From Candidatus Latescibacterota bacterium (GTDB taxonomy: Bacteria > Latescibacterota > UBA2968 > UBA8231): a stretch of 64,000 bases of DNA. The notes under the pieces are model-generated. The model worked only from the letters and a program-made list of their open reading frames with translations. It did not search any database and was not told where the DNA came from. Position 1 is the stretch's first letter. Every line of letters begins with the position of its first letter. Positions 1-9,261 of this stretch are shown here, in pieces. The DNA lies in contig CBDETK010000013.1 in the NCBI GenBank assembly GCA_965242865.1, positions 2,048,001 to 2,112,000 on the forward strand. Reading direction: 5' to 3'. Both the position numbers and the translations under genes were made by a program.

Positions 1-1080
1 TCGGCCATGCACTGGACGGCCCACGCGCCGCCCGGCACCCAAGTGCGCGTCCGCACCCGCAGTGGGAACCAACTCGACCAGCACATCCGCTACTTTACGA
101 GCACGGGCCAAGAAGTGAACGAGGCCAAGTACCGCAAACTGCTCAGCTTTCAGCGCGGCGATTCGACCGTTACCATCATCCCCGGCCCGGATTGGAGCCC
201 TTGGAGCTTGCCTAATTTGGTCTCGGGCGCGCCCATCACTTCGCCGAGTCCGCGCCGCTATGTGATGATCGAGGCGACCCTGTGCTCAGACGATCCCGAC
301 GCGGCCGCCTTGCTGCGCTCCTTGCGCCTCGCGCTAGACGCGCCGCTCGCCAACCAAATCCGCGGCGAGCTCGCCCCCAACAAAACGCTCCAGCGCGGGC
401 GGCCCCAGACCTTCACTTTGCTCTTGCAGCCCGCGTTCCAAGACGGCAACCGCGGGTTCGACCAAGTGCTGGTGGAGCTGCCACCGGGCGCGGAGGTGGA
501 CCTGATCGACGGAGCCGTAGGCGCGGAGCAATATGGACGCGAGCAGTTGGAGCGGCTGCCGACCGGCGCGGATTCCCTGTGGGTGCGGCTGCCCTCGCCA
601 GTCGTGCCGGGACAGGATCGCGTGTCGTTGCGCTTTTCCGGCACGCTCTACTTAGTGAGCAACGCCTTTGCCGTACAGGTCGGGCACGGCCCAGTGTGGC
701 AGCGCGTGGACGCGGGCCGCAGCCTGACCGTGTTCACGCCCTTTACCAAAGCGGTTTTGGGTGCGGTGACCGCGTCGTCCAATCCGTTTACGCCCAATGG
801 AGACGGGATCAACGACGTGGTGGAATTGGCGTTTCCAGTGTTCCAAGTGCAAGGCGCCAAGGCGTTGGTTCTGGAGGTCTATGGGCTAGACGGCGAGCGC
901 GTACAGCGCATTGAGCAGGCGGCCGCGACCGCTGCCGGGCACCAGCGGCTGACTTGGGATGGCCGCGACCACACAGGTCGGTTGCTGCCGCCGGGACTGT
1001 ATTTGTGTCGCGTCGGCGTGGAAGTGGACGCCGAAGGCGAGCAAACCACGAGCACCAAACTCGTCGCTAGCGTGTACTGA
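1..1080 (+). CDS. Exported protein with C-terminal FlgD-Ig / T9SS type-B-like CTD (5'-partial)
   Basis: Frame is open from base 1. Motifs RTRSG, SPSPRRY, NPFTPNGDGIND, WDGRD..G..LPPGLY; ends ...LVASVY*. Closest in-window paralog is 39037..42123 (shared ADSLWVRLP, WQxVxAG). Confidence 0.8.
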   Translation, partial: SAMHWTAHAPPGTQVRVRTRSGNQLDQHIRYFTSTGQEVNEAKYRKLLSFQRGDSTVTIIPGPDWSPWSLPNLVSGAPITSPSPRRYVMIEATLCSDDPDAAALLRSLRLALDAPLANQIRGELAPNKTLQRGRPQTFTLLLQPAFQDGNRGFDQVLVELPPGAEVDLIDGAVGAEQYGREQLERLPTGADSLWVRLPSPVVPGQDRVSLRFSGTLYLVSNAFAVQVGHGPVWQRVDAGRSLTVFTPFTKAVLGAVTASSNPFTPNGDGINDVVELAFPVFQVQGAKALVLEVYGLDGERVQRIEQAAATAAGHQRLTWDGRDHTGRLLPPGLYLCRVGVEVDAEGEQTTSTKLVASVY

Positions 1081-1082
1081 TT

Positions 1083-1310
1083 CCTCGGTAGAGCGGGCGA
1101 TTGGACAGGGCCGTCTGTTTCAACGACACCATCTATCTATTCGAGTTCAAGGTGATCGAGATGGCGTCTGTGGGTGGGGCGATGGCACAATTGCAGGCGA
1201 AGCGGTATGCAGACAAGTATCGCGGTTTGGGTCAGCCGATTTACCTGATTGCCGTAGAATTTAGCAAGGACACCCGCAACTTGAGGGCATTCGAGGCGAC
1301 CCTCGCCTGA
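1083..1310 (+). pseudogene. C-terminal fragment of PD-(D/E)XK nuclease (PDDEXK_9-type tail of AAA-ATPase-like proteins)
   Basis: GRLDRAVCFNDTIYLFEFK...AMAQLQAKRYADKY...IYLIAVEFSKDTRNL matches the typical tail of this family. No AAA domain; in-frame TAG at 1089. Confidence 0.7.
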
Positions 1311-1336
1311 GTATTACCCAGCCGTAAGGGCCTACT

Positions 1337-2965
1337 TTGACCGCGTCTTTCTCCAACAAGGTGTTCAGCACCCTCTGCGCGACCGTGCTATGGATGTGCG
1401 GCGTTGCAGCCGAGCCGCTTGCGCCCTTCGTCGATGTGGCCGCCGAACTTGGCCTGACCCGCGTCCACGCGAGCGGCAGCTTAGAGAAAGGCTATATCCC
1501 CGAGGCCAAAGGGGGCGGCACGGCCGCGCTCGACTTTGATCGCGATGGAGACCAAGACCTCTATTGGGTCAATGGACAAGGCGGCGGGCACGCACTCTTC
1601 CGCAACGATGGCCCGACCGGCTTTGTCGATGTGGGCGAGGCACTCGGGACCGCCGGCCACGGCTGGGGCATGGGTGCGACGAGCGTGGATTTTGACAACG
1701 ATGGCGACCCAGACCTGTACGCGACCCAACTGCGGGAAAATGTGCTCTTCCGCAACGACGGCGCGGCCTTCGCGGATGTGGGCGCGGCGGTAGGTGTGGC
1801 TACGTCTCATTGGAGCACGGGCGCGGCTTGGGCCGACTACGACCGCGACGGCGACCTCGACCTATACGTGGCGAGCTATGCGATATTCGATTCCGCTGCG
1901 ATTGAACGCTTGGGGGCGCAGTGGAAGGGAGTCGATGTCTTCGTCGGCCCGAGGGGATTGATGGGAGCTGCGGATGTGTTTTATCGCAACGATGGCGGTG
2001 AATTTGCCGACATCACCGCTTGGGCGCGCCTCAATCACCCTTCCCCGGGCTACGGCTTGGGCGTCCTGTTTGCGGACGCGGACGCCGACGGCTGGCCCGA
2101 CCTGTTTGTGGCCAACGACTCTAGCCCGAACTTTTTTTATCGCAACCGCGGCGATGGTCGCTTTACCGACCGCTCCCTCCCGGCTCGTTTGGCTTATGGC
2201 CGCAGCGGGCAAATCCAAGCGAGCATGGGGGTGGCTTGGGGCGACTACGACAACGACGGCCGCCCGGACTTGCTCGCCACGCATTTTGAAGACGAGTACA
2301 ATACCCTCTATCGCAACGAGGGCGACGGCACCTTTGCGGATGTCAGCGCAGAAGCGGCCTTGGCGCGGGCTGGGAGGGCATACGTGAGCTTTGGCGCGGG
2401 GTTTTTTGACTTTGACCACGATGGCGACCTCGATTTGTTGGTAGCCAATGGTCACGTGTATCCGCAGATTGACCGCAGCGGCAGCGGCCGTGCTTATGCC
2501 CAGCCCAATCAGCTTTTTGCCAATGTTGGCGACGGTACGTTTACTCCAGTCGCGCTCGGCCCCCAAGTGCCCCGCGTCAGCCGAGGCACCAACCTGCTCG
2601 ACTTTGACGACGATGGCGACTTGGATGTTTTCGTTGCCAATCTCGACGATCGGCCCTCGTTGTTGCGAAACGATGTGGGCAACCGGCGGAATTGGCTGGG
2701 CCTGCGCTTGGTGGGTACGCGCAGCAACCGCGACGGCATTGGCGCTCGGGTGCGACTCGTCGCTGGCCAGCGGACGCAGATCCGCGACCTCGTCTGCGGC
2801 AGCAGTTTTCTTTCCAGCGAGGACCGCCGCCTTCATTTTGGACTGGGGCGCGTCGAGCAGGTCGATACGCTCGAAGTGCGCTGGCCCGATCAACGCCGCG
2901 AAATTTTTACCGATTTGCCGGTCAATCGGTATTTAATTGTCAAAGAAGGAACATGCGCTTATTAA
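1337..2965 (+). CDS. CRTAC1/ASPIC-UnbV family FG-GAP repeat protein
   Basis: Signal-peptide-like N-terminus, repeated D(F/Y)DxDGDxDL motifs, C-terminal SNRDGIGARV...LHFGLG...VRWP. Confidence 0.9.
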   Translation: MTASFSNKVFSTLCATVLWMCGVAAEPLAPFVDVAAELGLTRVHASGSLEKGYIPEAKGGGTAALDFDRDGDQDLYWVNGQGGGHALFRNDGPTGFVDVGEALGTAGHGWGMGATSVDFDNDGDPDLYATQLRENVLFRNDGAAFADVGAAVGVATSHWSTGAAWADYDRDGDLDLYVASYAIFDSAAIERLGAQWKGVDVFVGPRGLMGAADVFYRNDGGEFADITAWARLNHPSPGYGLGVLFADADADGWPDLFVANDSSPNFFYRNRGDGRFTDRSLPARLAYGRSGQIQASMGVAWGDYDNDGRPDLLATHFEDEYNTLYRNEGDGTFADVSAEAALARAGRAYVSFGAGFFDFDHDGDLDLLVANGHVYPQIDRSGSGRAYAQPNQLFANVGDGTFTPVALGPQVPRVSRGTNLLDFDDDGDLDVFVANLDDRPSLLRNDVGNRRNWLGLRLVGTRSNRDGIGARVRLVAGQRTQIRDLVCGSSFLSSEDRRLHFGLGRVEQVDTLEVRWPDQRREIFTDLPVNRYLIVKEGTCAY

Positions 2966-3828
2966 ATGCTCTTACATTCATCGCGGCCCTGTTGGCGGCC
3001 AGCCCAGCCGCCGCCGAACTGTCGCTTTCCCAGCTCAGCGACGCGGTATATGTGTTGCAAGGCGGGGGCGGCAATGTCGGGGTTTGCGTCGGCCGCGATG
3101 GCATTCTTTTGGTAGATGCCAAGTTGGCGTCGCAGGCCGAGGCAGTGCGCGCCGCGCTAGCCCGTTTTGCCAGCCAACCCCAGTACATCTTCAACACGCA
3201 TTTCCACGCCGACCACACCGGCGGCAACCGCGCCTTGGGCCAACAGGCGACGATTTTGGCGCATGCCAACGTCCGCAAACGCTTGGCCACGGGGGGTGAA
3301 TTTGGCAAGCGGTTCGTTGAGGCTGCGCCGGCGGATGCCTTGCCAAAAATTGCGTTTGAGCAGTCGGCGTCCGTGTTCTTTAACGGCGAGGAAATCCGCG
3401 CCGTTCACTTCCCCCACGGCCATACCGACGGCGACATCGCCGTATTTTTCGTCAACGCCCAAATTGCCCATCTCGGCGACCTGTTCTTCAACGGCCTCTT
3501 CCCCTTTGTCGATTTAGAGTACGGCGGCGATGTCGAGACCCTGACGCAGCACATCGCCACGCTCATCGACCAGCTTCCCGCAGACGCCAAAATCATCCCC
3601 GGCCACGGTCCGGTCGCCACCCTCGACGACCTAAAGACCTACCATCGCATGTTGGTGGAAACCACGACCCGTGTGCGGACGCGCCGGGACGCGGGCATGT
3701 CCCTCGACCAAATCCGCGCAGAGGGGCTCGATCCGCAATGGGCGTCGTGGGAGTGGGCTTTCGTGCCAACGCCGCGCTGGATCGAAACGATCTATTGGAG
3801 CTTGGAAGCGGAGGGAAGGAGCGATTGA
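2953..3828 (+). CDS. Exported MBL-fold metallo-hydrolase (cyclase-like)
   Basis: ATG 2953 after AAGGA; signal peptide MRLLNALTFIAALLAASPAAA; NTHFHADHTGGN, HGHTDGD, GDL, IPGHG. Confidence 0.88.
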   Translation: MRLLNALTFIAALLAASPAAAELSLSQLSDAVYVLQGGGGNVGVCVGRDGILLVDAKLASQAEAVRAALARFASQPQYIFNTHFHADHTGGNRALGQQATILAHANVRKRLATGGEFGKRFVEAAPADALPKIAFEQSASVFFNGEEIRAVHFPHGHTDGDIAVFFVNAQIAHLGDLFFNGLFPFVDLEYGGDVETLTQHIATLIDQLPADAKIIPGHGPVATLDDLKTYHRMLVETTTRVRTRRDAGMSLDQIRAEGLDPQWASWEWAFVPTPRWIETIYWSLEAEGRSD

Positions 3829-3952
3829 TGAGCAGTCGTTGGCACAGATCGTTGCTGGTGGTAAGGCCCAGCGAATCACATGCAAGCCAGAATCCTCCGA
3901 TTCCGCAGAAGAGTTCAACGGCATTGACGCCACTGCCGAGTTGCTGTGTCAA
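3829..3952 (-). pseudogene. 5' stump of a C5-cytosine DNA methyltransferase
   Basis: AAGGAGGT RBS, TTG at 3952, then TQQLGSGVNAVELFCGIGGFWLACDSLGLTTSNDLC (motif I FxGxGG). Similarity ends at the convergent MBL gene. Confidence 0.65.
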
Positions 3953-4013
3953 CGGTTTTTCCAACCTCCTTCTTTGGTGATTCTCGCAAAGCCGACTTGC
4001 GAAATTCTGTCGC

Positions 4014-5912
4014 TCATCGCAGATGCCAGTCCGCGTCTTCAAGCGCCTCGTAGATCACGCCGCCCTCCACTTGCGCCGGCATGGGGATGCCCAGCAAGTA
4101 GCACAGCGTCGGCGCGACATCCACCGCCCGCACCTGCCGCTCGAGTGCCAGCCCTTGCTTTACGCCGGCACCGGCCAGCACGAACGTGCAGTGTTGCCCG
4201 CCAATGCCGAGCGTGGCCGAGGGCAGTTGCTTGCCGTGCGCTCCGTCGTATTCGGGCCGCAGTGCATAGACCACGTCGCCGACGAGTTCACCCGCCAGAT
4301 TGACCATTTCCGCGTCTGCTCGCGTCAGGGCGAGGGCAAAAGGACAGCGGCCGGTCTGCGGATGGCGATAGGCGTGGAGGGCTTCGATGAGGTCGAGCTG
4401 GGTCTGCTCGTACGCGCTGGGCTCGACGATTCCGGTAGGCTCGCGTCCCTTGAGATTGATGAAGATGTGGACCAGCCCTACGTGGGCCGCCCGCGTCCGC
4501 TGCCAGTCAATCTGGCTTTTCGCAGCATCTGCATAGACCAAAAAGCCCGCTTGTTCCAGCACCTCGGCGATATCGACTGGCTGGTGCTGGTTGGGGGTGC
4601 CGCCGTGGTCCGAGACGACCGCGACAACTGCGTCGGCGTCGGCCAGCTCGACTAAGCGGCCGATCATGCGATCGATGGAGGCGTAGGTCTGGGCCACGCC
4701 CGCTTGGCAGCGCGCCAGCGTGTGCGCGTCGGCCCCGCTGCATGCGTCGGCCTGCGACAGGAAGAAGTGGCTGGTGTAGTCCGAGGCGTGGGTCTCGATG
4801 AACAGCACGTCCCAGTCGTTGCGCTCGGTCAGGTAGAAAGCCACATCGGCCAACCGCTGGTGGTGGAATTCCAACAACTCGAAATAGGTCGCGTCATCGA
4901 CCACGCCCAAGGCGTCGCGCCCTGGGTTTTGCAGGAAGTTGCCGACGTGTTGATCGAGCTGCTGCGCCACTTCGGCCGGCTGGGTGTAGCCGGTCGCCGG
5001 CCAGATCTGCGGCACAAAAAGCTCGAAGACATCCCCGGCCGCGCTCAGGCTGACCAGCTTCATGCGGAGGTAGCCGGCGAGAGCTTGGCCGTCGATCGCA
5101 AAGTCGTCCTTCCACCACTCGGTCCACTCGCCCACCGCCAGCTCGGCGACTCGATCGCCCGCATCGCGGCTGCGGCAAACGAGCAGCCGGTCGTACCCCT
5201 CGTCGCCCGAGGCGTATATCAGACCGTAGAAATGCTTGGGCGTCCCTTGGCGGCCTAAGTACATAGTCGGTCGCCCGCGCTTGAGCGGCTCGATGACCAA
5301 CTCCACTTCTTTGGGCGGTCGCGCGGATGCGGGCGCGTTTTGCCATCCTTCGGCCGGGACGATCTCCACCGGATCGACGCTGCGGACCTTTTGCAAGGCA
5401 CTGGGGTCCAAGGTCTCTGGGTCGCGCGGCCCCCCGATTGGCCGGGGCGTCCAGCCGCCGCCGACAAAGAGATGGTAGCCGGCGATCTGATGCACATTGG
5501 ATACGCCCGGGCCAGTGCCTTCGACTTGGATGCCGGTTTGCACGGTCGGCGGCCACGACATCTCCCATTTGACCAGAATGGGCTTTTTGCCCACCCGCTC
5601 AACCGTGTTCCACAAGTACTCGGCCTGCGACAGCGCGGTGTTGATGCCCCACACTGTCTCGTCGAGACGCCCTCCTAGCTTGCGGATCCCGAAGTCCATC
5701 ACTTGATGGGTCCCGGCCCAAGCCCCGGTCGAAGTGGCCGTCCAGCCGGGCGGGGTCAGAGTTGGAAAAACGCCGATCATGGGCCGGTGGACGCCCCGCG
5801 CCATGAGCTGGCCTAAATGGGGCATCTGACCTTGATCTACCAGATGTTGCACCAATTCCATGGCGGCTCCGTCCATGCCGATGACGATGGCGCGTTTGGC
5901 TGGGCTGTTCAT
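4014..5912 (-). CDS. Alkaline phosphatase superfamily / type I phosphodiesterase-nucleotide pyrophosphatase
   Basis: ATG 5912 with GAGGAG; IVIGMDG, PTLTPPGWT (Thr nucleophile region), VSDHG, INLKGREPTGIV, DVAPTL. Confidence 0.85.
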   Translation of the reverse strand: MNSPAKRAIVIGMDGAAMELVQHLVDQGQMPHLGQLMARGVHRPMIGVFPTLTPPGWTATSTGAWAGTHQVMDFGIRKLGGRLDETVWGINTALSQAEYLWNTVERVGKKPILVKWEMSWPPTVQTGIQVEGTGPGVSNVHQIAGYHLFVGGGWTPRPIGGPRDPETLDPSALQKVRSVDPVEIVPAEGWQNAPASARPPKEVELVIEPLKRGRPTMYLGRQGTPKHFYGLIYASGDEGYDRLLVCRSRDAGDRVAELAVGEWTEWWKDDFAIDGQALAGYLRMKLVSLSAAGDVFELFVPQIWPATGYTQPAEVAQQLDQHVGNFLQNPGRDALGVVDDATYFELLEFHHQRLADVAFYLTERNDWDVLFIETHASDYTSHFFLSQADACSGADAHTLARCQAGVAQTYASIDRMIGRLVELADADAVVAVVSDHGGTPNQHQPVDIAEVLEQAGFLVYADAAKSQIDWQRTRAAHVGLVHIFINLKGREPTGIVEPSAYEQTQLDLIEALHAYRHPQTGRCPFALALTRADAEMVNLAGELVGDVVYALRPEYDGAHGKQLPSATLGIGGQHCTFVLAGAGVKQGLALERQVRAVDVAPTLCYLLGIPMPAQVEGGVIYEALEDADWHLR

Positions 5913-5960
5913 TAGATAAGCTCCTCGTTGCGAATGGTTGGTCTCTGCGATTTTGTGCAA

Positions 5961-8900
5961 TTAGCGGCCGCCCTTTGAGTCAAACAACTCGTGGTTTTTT
6001 GACTGCTTAGGCGGCTTGTGCATTTCGTCTGGGATGGCTGGCAGCTCGGTGGCTTGGAAGCAATCGCTGGCGACGACGGCGTCGAGTAGCCGCTGCTGTT
6101 CGGGATAGCCCTGCACGGTTGCGGCCAAAACCCAGAGCAATTCGAGTAACTCCGTGGTAAACTGGCTGGTCCAGCGCGTGGGGCGGACCGCGTCGAGGGG
6201 CGACGACTTTTTGCCGGCCCCTTGCTTCATGCGGTACTTGAGCCAAGACGGCACGACCTTGAGGCCCGAAACCTCAAATTCGTACACCGCCGGCCCAACG
6301 GGCGCGAACGCACCTGAGCCGAGGTGGAGCGTTTGGGTCGCTTCGTCGTACGCGAATGATTCGGGATAGCCCTCGGCGTCGCCTGGAACAGCTTTGGTGC
6401 ATTTGGCCGCACCGGGCGGAATGCGCCCGCGGGTCTGGCCTTGGGGAACAAAACGCTCGCCAAAGGTGTGTAGCCACAGCAGCCGCGCTCCTACCTTGCG
6501 GACCTGCTCGAACAGCGCCGCATCCTTGGTAATGGGTACGCACCGAGTGCGCGTTGCTAATTCTCGCTCAAAGCGCGCCGTGAAAGCGGGGTGCGCCAGC
6601 ACTCCGTACAGGTAGGCGAGGAAATGTTCGGGCGCGATGTTGCGTTGGTAGGCCGTGCCGAGGGTGTTGAGCAGGTCGGGCGCGATGTTCGCCTGAGAGG
6701 CGTCGGCCGTGCGGTAGAGGGGAATGGCGTCTTTGGCGCCCCGCCCCGAAAAGTGATGCAGATCGGGCAGTAAGGCGCAGGCGGTTGCCGCTGGCCCGCG
6801 GCCTAGGGGATCGTTCAGCAGCGTCGTCAAATACACCTGCCGCTCGCTGTGGACGCGCCACAGGTCGGGGCGTGGGCGGGACATCACGCGCCCGTCCGCG
6901 ATGATGGAATGGCGGTCAAAAGAGCGATACGCATAGCGTAGGACTTGGGGAACGGGCGCGTTATTTGGTAGTTCGGAAATCGGCGTTGAGTCGCTCGACC
7001 TCGTCAGGGCGATGCGATAGGTCCCATTGATGGTGCGGTCTCCGGTCTCGCGGAACGCCTCGGCGCGCTGGTTGGCACACAGCAGTCCGCGCCAGCGTCG
7101 TTTTAGCGTCTCCTCGTCCGGTGCGATCGGCCAAGTCCGCTTGAACTGCACCCCCGAATGCTGCCACGGCATGAGATCGGTCAGCAACGGCCAGCCAAAG
7201 TACGCTCCTTGGCCCACCGGACGGAATGGGGCCTGCCAGTCGTCTGAGCATGCCTGCCACGTTACGTCCTCAAAGCGTTCCATAGCGGCGAGCACGGTGA
7301 GTTTTTCCCGGCGCGTACCTTCGATGCGCGTGTAATGCACGGCGGCGGGTCGGTCCGGGTGCGCCTTTTTTGCGCGGAAGGCCACCGCAATGGCCACGGG
7401 CGTTTGAATCGCAAAGACATTGTCGTCTTGGCGCGTGCCGCGCCCCTCGCCGCCGAGGTCGAGAATCCAAACCTCGTCGCACTGCCGGCGGATGTGCTCG
7501 CGCATCCCACAAAAGGCGTCGCCGTCGAGATAACTCGACGCGGTGATAAAACTGACCACCCCCGGGCCGCGCACCGGGTCGTGCTCAAAGACTTTCCACA
7601 AGGCCCACCGCCAGAAATAGACGTAAAGGTTGTAGAGGTTTTTGAGGTGGACGCCGCGTCCAGCGGCGAGGACCGGGTCGAGAAAGGTGCGGAGGATGGC
7701 GTCTTCGCCCTTCCCGTTTTCGCCCCAGCGCACCCAAGAGCCGGTGCGATCGCCGTTGGTCGGCGTGGCCGCTTCGTGGCGGTCGTAGGGCGGGTTGCCG
7801 AGGCAGACGATGACCGGCACTTCGCTCTTGACTTTGAGTGCCTTGACCCGTTGGTCGGCGATGGGCCGCAGGAAGAACCCCAAGTTGGGCGGTTCAGCGT
7901 GGGGGCTTTCGAGCGTGTCGGTCAGATACACGTGCGGCCCGTCTGGGGGTAGCTGGGCACCGCGGTCGCGCAGGGCGCGGCTGACGCGCAGTTCGCTCAC
8001 GGCGTACGGGCCGACCATCCGCTCAAAGCCGTAGAGATTTTCAGCGAGGGTGCTGGCCTGACCGGGCACGGCCCCCGGCCCCTGCTCGGTTTCGATCCGG
8101 CCGAGGGCGTGTTCCACGACGCCGAGTAAATAGGTCCCGGTGCCGACCGCCGGATCGAGCGTGACGACGCCGGGATCGGCAAACCCGAGCGGCTTGTCGA
8201 GACAGCGCACGAGCAAGTCGTCGATGAGGCGCACTTGGGCGCGGACGACCTCCACCGGCGTGTAGTAAGCCCCGGCGTCTCGGCGTAGTTTGGGATCGTA
8301 CTCGGCGAGGAAGTCTTCGTAGAAATAGAGCCACGGATCTTCGGGGCCGGTGAGCAGGGCGGGCGGCACCACGGCCATGACGCGCAGCAGCAAGTTGAGG
8401 GAGGCGGTGAGGTCCGCACGGGCTTGGGGATCGGTCAGGATTTGCACGGCCCGCGACAGCAGGTTGTGCTGAGCGTTGAGGGCCTGCACCGCGCTTTCGA
8501 GCGCGAGCGGGTCCGCTCCTTCGCTGCGGCCTAGCAACAGGGCGAAAGCGACCGTCTGGGCGTAAGCGTCCGCGAATTGCGCGTCCGTGGCGTCTGGGAA
8601 CAGCAGGTGCCGCCAGTCGCCGGCCAGTTGCGCTAGGGGCGAATTGGGGGCTTTGAGCGCGTCCGTCACGTCGTCGCGCAACATGCGGCACAGGGGAGCC
8701 AGCAGCGCGGCAAAGCCCTTGAGGTGGATCGCGCCGCTGCGATTGACGGGGATGATGGGCTCCCACGCGAGAAAGTCGCGCAAGAGTGCTTCGAGCACAC
8801 GGGCGTCTGGGGGCGAGGCGGCTGCGCGGCCAGCGGCGACGACATCGCCCGACAGGCGGCACCCCCGCACCTGTTGGCCGCCGCGGTACAGCGCCCACTC

Positions 8901-9242
8901 GTTGCCGTCGGTGTAGAGGAGGTTGGGGATGGCCGAGAACCGCTTGAACTGCTCGCGGTTGCGGCCTCTGAACCGGGTGGAGGTCGCGCCGACGCCGGGC
9001 GCCTTGAGCTCGACGTAGCCAGCGAGCAGTTGATTGCGATGAATGGCGTAATCGGGACGACCGAGCCGGTCGGGCAGGGGCGTTTCCCCGGTGCAGACGA
9101 CCGCCCAGCCGAAAGCGCGGCCCACTTCGCCCATAAAGCTCTCAAACGGGCCGCGCACTTGGTCTTCTGGCGCACCAGCGACCGCTTGCGTCGTTTTGGC
9201 TTGCACTGCATCGGCAAAGCCTTGTAACGCCTCGTACAGCAC
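5961..9242 (-). CDS. Single-chain restriction-modification enzyme (nuclease + N6-adenine MTase + Type ISP-like specificity domain), no helicase
   Basis: PDYAI..YVELK nuclease-like N-terminus; GAYYTP, DPAVGTGTY (motif I), GNPPY (motif IV), NLYVYFWRW, YRSFDR; probable GTG start 9242. Confidence 0.85.
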   Translation of the reverse strand: MLYEALQGFADAVQAKTTQAVAGAPEDQVRGPFESFMGEVGRAFGWAVVCTGETPLPDRLGRPDYAIHRNQLLAGYVELKAPGVGATSTRFRGRNREQFKRFSAIPNLLYTDGNEWALYRGGQQVRGCRLSGDVVAAGRAAASPPDARVLEALLRDFLAWEPIIPVNRSGAIHLKGFAALLAPLCRMLRDDVTDALKAPNSPLAQLAGDWRHLLFPDATDAQFADAYAQTVAFALLLGRSEGADPLALESAVQALNAQHNLLSRAVQILTDPQARADLTASLNLLLRVMAVVPPALLTGPEDPWLYFYEDFLAEYDPKLRRDAGAYYTPVEVVRAQVRLIDDLLVRCLDKPLGFADPGVVTLDPAVGTGTYLLGVVEHALGRIETEQGPGAVPGQASTLAENLYGFERMVGPYAVSELRVSRALRDRGAQLPPDGPHVYLTDTLESPHAEPPNLGFFLRPIADQRVKALKVKSEVPVIVCLGNPPYDRHEAATPTNGDRTGSWVRWGENGKGEDAILRTFLDPVLAAGRGVHLKNLYNLYVYFWRWALWKVFEHDPVRGPGVVSFITASSYLDGDAFCGMREHIRRQCDEVWILDLGGEGRGTRQDDNVFAIQTPVAIAVAFRAKKAHPDRPAAVHYTRIEGTRREKLTVLAAMERFEDVTWQACSDDWQAPFRPVGQGAYFGWPLLTDLMPWQHSGVQFKRTWPIAPDEETLKRRWRGLLCANQRAEAFRETGDRTINGTYRIALTRSSDSTPISELPNNAPVPQVLRYAYRSFDRHSIIADGRVMSRPRPDLWRVHSERQVYLTTLLNDPLGRGPAATACALLPDLHHFSGRGAKDAIPLYRTADASQANIAPDLLNTLGTAYQRNIAPEHFLAYLYGVLAHPAFTARFERELATRTRCVPITKDAALFEQVRKVGARLLWLHTFGERFVPQGQTRGRIPPGAAKCTKAVPGDAEGYPESFAYDEATQTLHLGSGAFAPVGPAVYEFEVSGLKVVPSWLKYRMKQGAGKKSSPLDAVRPTRWTSQFTTELLELLWVLAATVQGYPEQQRLLDAVVASDCFQATELPAIPDEMHKPPKQSKNHELFDSKGGR

Positions 9243-9261
9243 GTTGCGATGGCCTTTCGCG

